DNA of 64,000 nucleotides from Eledone cirrhosa (taxonomy: Eukaryota): NCBI GenBank assembly GCA_964016885.1, contig OZ024744.1, forward strand, positions 3,782,001-3,846,000. Direction: 5' to 3'. The stretch's first letter is position 1, and the number at the start of each line of letters is the position of its first letter. The notes beneath the pieces were generated by a model that saw only the letters and a list, made by a program, of their open reading frames with translations, did not search any database and was not told where the DNA came from. A program made the translations under genes and the position numbers. Below, piece after piece: positions 62,501 through 64,000 of the stretch.

Positions 62501-64000
62501 AGTTTTAGGGGAAGACAAGGTAGAGAAAGAGAGCTTGGTGAAGAACGACGTTTTGATGAAAGACAAGGTAGAGAAAGATAGCTTGGTGAAGAACGAAGTT
62601 TTGGGGAAGACAATGTAGAGAAAGATAGCTTGGTGAAGAACGAAGTTTTGGGGGAAGACAAGGTAGAGAAAGATAGCTTGGTGAAGAACGAAGTTCTGAG
62701 GGAAGACAAGGTAGAGAAAGATAGCTTGGTGAAGAACGAAGTTTTGCGAGAAGACAAGGTAGAGAAAGATATCTTGGTGAAGAACGAAGTTTTGACGGAA
62801 GACAAGGTAGAGAAAGATAGCTTGGTGAAGAATGACGTTTTGTGGGAAGACAAGGTAGAGAAAGATAGCTTGGTGAAGAACGAAGTTTTGTGTGAAGACA
62901 AGGTAGAGAAAGATAGCTTGGTGAAGAACGAAGTTTTGGGGGAAGACAAGGCAGAGAAAGATAGATTGGTGAAGAACGAAGTTTTGAGGGATGACAAGGT
63001 AGAGAAAGATGACTTGGTGAAGAAAGAAGTTTTGGGGGAAGACAAGGTAGAGAAAGATAGCTTGGTGAAGAACGAAGTTTTGGGGGAAGACAAGGTAGAG
63101 AAAGATAGCTTGGTGAAGAACGAAGTTTTGAGGGAAGACAAGGTAGAGAAAGATAGCTTGGTGAATAACGAAGTTTTGGGAGAAGACAAGGTAGAGAAAG
63201 ATAGCTTGGTGAAGAACGATGTTTTGAGGGAAGACAAGGTAGAGAAAGATAGCTTGGTGAAGAACGACGTTTTGAGGGAAGACAAGGTAGAGAAAGATAG
63301 CTTGGTGAAGAACGAAGTTCTGAGGGAAGACAAGGTAGAGAAAGATAGCTTGGTGAAGAACGAAGTTTTGGGAGAAAACAAGGTAGAGAAAGATATCTTG
63401 GTGAAGAACGAAGTTTCGACGGAAGACAAGGTAGAGAAAGATAGCTTGGTGAAGAATGACGTTTTGTGGGAAGACAAGGTAGAGAAAGATAGCTTGGTGA
63501 AGAACGAAGTTTTGTGTGAAGACAAGCTAGAGAAAGATAGCTTGGTGAAGAACGAAGTTTTGGGGGAAGACAAGGTAGAGAAAGATAGCTTGGTGAAAAA
63601 CGAAGTTTTGGGGGAAGACAAGGTAGAGAAAGATAGCTTGGTGAAGAACGAAGTTTTGAGGGAAGACAAGGTAGAGAAAGATAGCTTGGTGAATAACGAA
63701 GTTTTGGGAGAAGACAAGGTAGAGAAAGATAGCTTGGTGAAGAACGATGTTTTGAGGGAAGACAAGGTAGAGAAAGATAGCTTGGTGAAGAACGACGTTT
63801 TGAGGGAAGACAAGGTAGAGAAAGATAGCTTGGTGAAGAACGACGTTTTGTGGGAAGACAAGGTAGAGAAAGATAGCTTGGTGAAGAACGAAGTTTTGGG
63901 GGAAGACAAGGTAGAGAAAGATAGCTTGCGAAGAACGAAGTTTTGGGGGAAGACAAGGTAGAGAAAGATAGCTTGGTGAAGAACGATGTTTTGGGGGAAG

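Larger units (their letters stand above)
1120..62618. other. 47-bp deletion monomer type B (TTGGGGAAGACAATGTAG and its GAGG / AACGTAG derivatives), 27 copies
   Basis: It ends the + ORFs in GKTM*, RKTM* or GKTT* at 1135, 7274, 12407, 16437, 20802, 25167, 26509, 30202, 31544, 35141, 38067, 39409, 39888, 42334, 43676, 45690, 48183, 50677, 52884, 53843, 55234, 56145, 57679, 59166, 60125, 61659 and 62618. Confidence 0.95.
237..63933. other. 47-bp deletion monomer type A (TTGGTGAAG > TTGCGAAG), 17 copies
   Basis: The diagnostic C is at 240, 1582, 2781, 4796, 6379, 7721, 9736, 12854, 16884, 19907, 21249, 24272, 25614, 30649, 38514, 42781 and 63929. Each copy ends a + ORF in R(R/S)TKFWGKTR*. Confidence 0.95.
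1..64000. repeat. Tandem satellite array of a 48-bp monomer (GTGAAGAACGAAGTTTTGGGGGAAGACAAGGTAGAGAAAGATAGCTTG), about 1,334 copies, single orientation, extending beyond both window ends
   Basis: The monomer is readable throughout and the ORF track shows a 16-aa period everywhere. Phase check: TTG at 45 to TTG at 62630 is 62585 bp; adding 55 single-base deletions gives 62640 = 1305 x 48. Most monomers differ from consensus at only a few positions. The consensus carries one AGCT (AluI) and one GAAGAC (BbsI) site. Confidence 0.99.

Noticed and set aside
1120-62618. Frameshifts as homopolymer sequencing errors hiding one giant ORF of about 21,000 codons
   Set aside because: Types A and C are not in homopolymers. 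Type B is always linked to the AAG>AAT/AAC SNP and sits at fixed HOR positions. Only the singleton at 47737-47740 could be an error.
25-63956. Long - strand ORFs (up to 3276 aa), including the hydrophobic 'QAIFLYLVFP' frame and the Ser/Pro-rich frame, as membrane or extensin-like proteins
   Set aside because: They overlap each other in all frames and switch peptide type at each deletion. They follow from the absence of TTA/CTA/TCA in the consensus. The Ser/Pro frame lacks the SPPPP motif of extensins.
45-63961. About 56 + strand ORFs (75-1189 aa, VKNEVLGEDKVEKDSL repeats) as protein-coding genes or an operon
   Set aside because: They start at the repeat's TTG, have no unique domain, signal peptide or terminus, and are delimited solely by 1-bp deletion monomers. 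They are translations of the satellite, and no gene call is supportable.
1-64000. CRISPR array (conserved ~30-bp part plus variable part)
   Set aside because: The variable part is about 18 bp of near-identical sequence rather than unique spacers. The repeat is not palindromic and there are no cas genes.
1-64000. Telomeric repeat (TTTTGGGG resembles the ciliate T4G4 telomere unit)
   Set aside because: The motif occurs once per 48 bp, is the most variable part of the monomer, and is never tandemly repeated.
1-64000. Antigenic-variation cassette array, diversity-generating retroelement, or TALE-like repeat gene
   Set aside because: There is no expression site, recombinase, reverse transcriptase or flanking domain in the window. 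Variation is not adenine-specific and is explained by descent through tandem duplication.
1-64000. rRNA, tRNA, ncRNA genes, transposons, promoters, terminators
   Set aside because: No non-repeat sequence exists in the window, and the monomer has no convincing hairpin or terminal inverted repeat.

Overview
The whole 64-kb window is one uninterrupted, head-to-tail tandem array of a 48-bp monomer, consensus GTGAAGAACGAAGTTTTGGGGGAAGACAAGGTAGAGAAAGATAGCTTG (18 G, 18 A, 9 T, 3 C; 75% purine on +; about 44% GC). It holds about 1,334 monomers and runs off both ends. I see no unique sequence, inversion, transposon, RNA gene, CRISPR array or recognisable gene. All ORFs in the track are translations of the monomer: + frame VKNEVLGEDKVEKDSL, and all three - frames of the consensus are stop-free. 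The + frame is broken by 56 single-base-deletion (47-bp) monomers of five types. The deletion count is confirmed by phase arithmetic: (62630-45)+55 = 1305 x 48 exactly. Monomer variants are ordered into higher-order repeats (HORs): a 1,342-bp 28-mer and larger recent duplications of about 2.0-6.1 kb. Diagnostic variants form spatial layers, and several variants match CpG deamination. The best reading is a young, homogeneous eukaryotic satellite DNA, possibly centromeric or heterochromatic and possibly derived from a coding repeat. I do not recognise the family or the organism, and the sequence alone does not demonstrate a new functional system.
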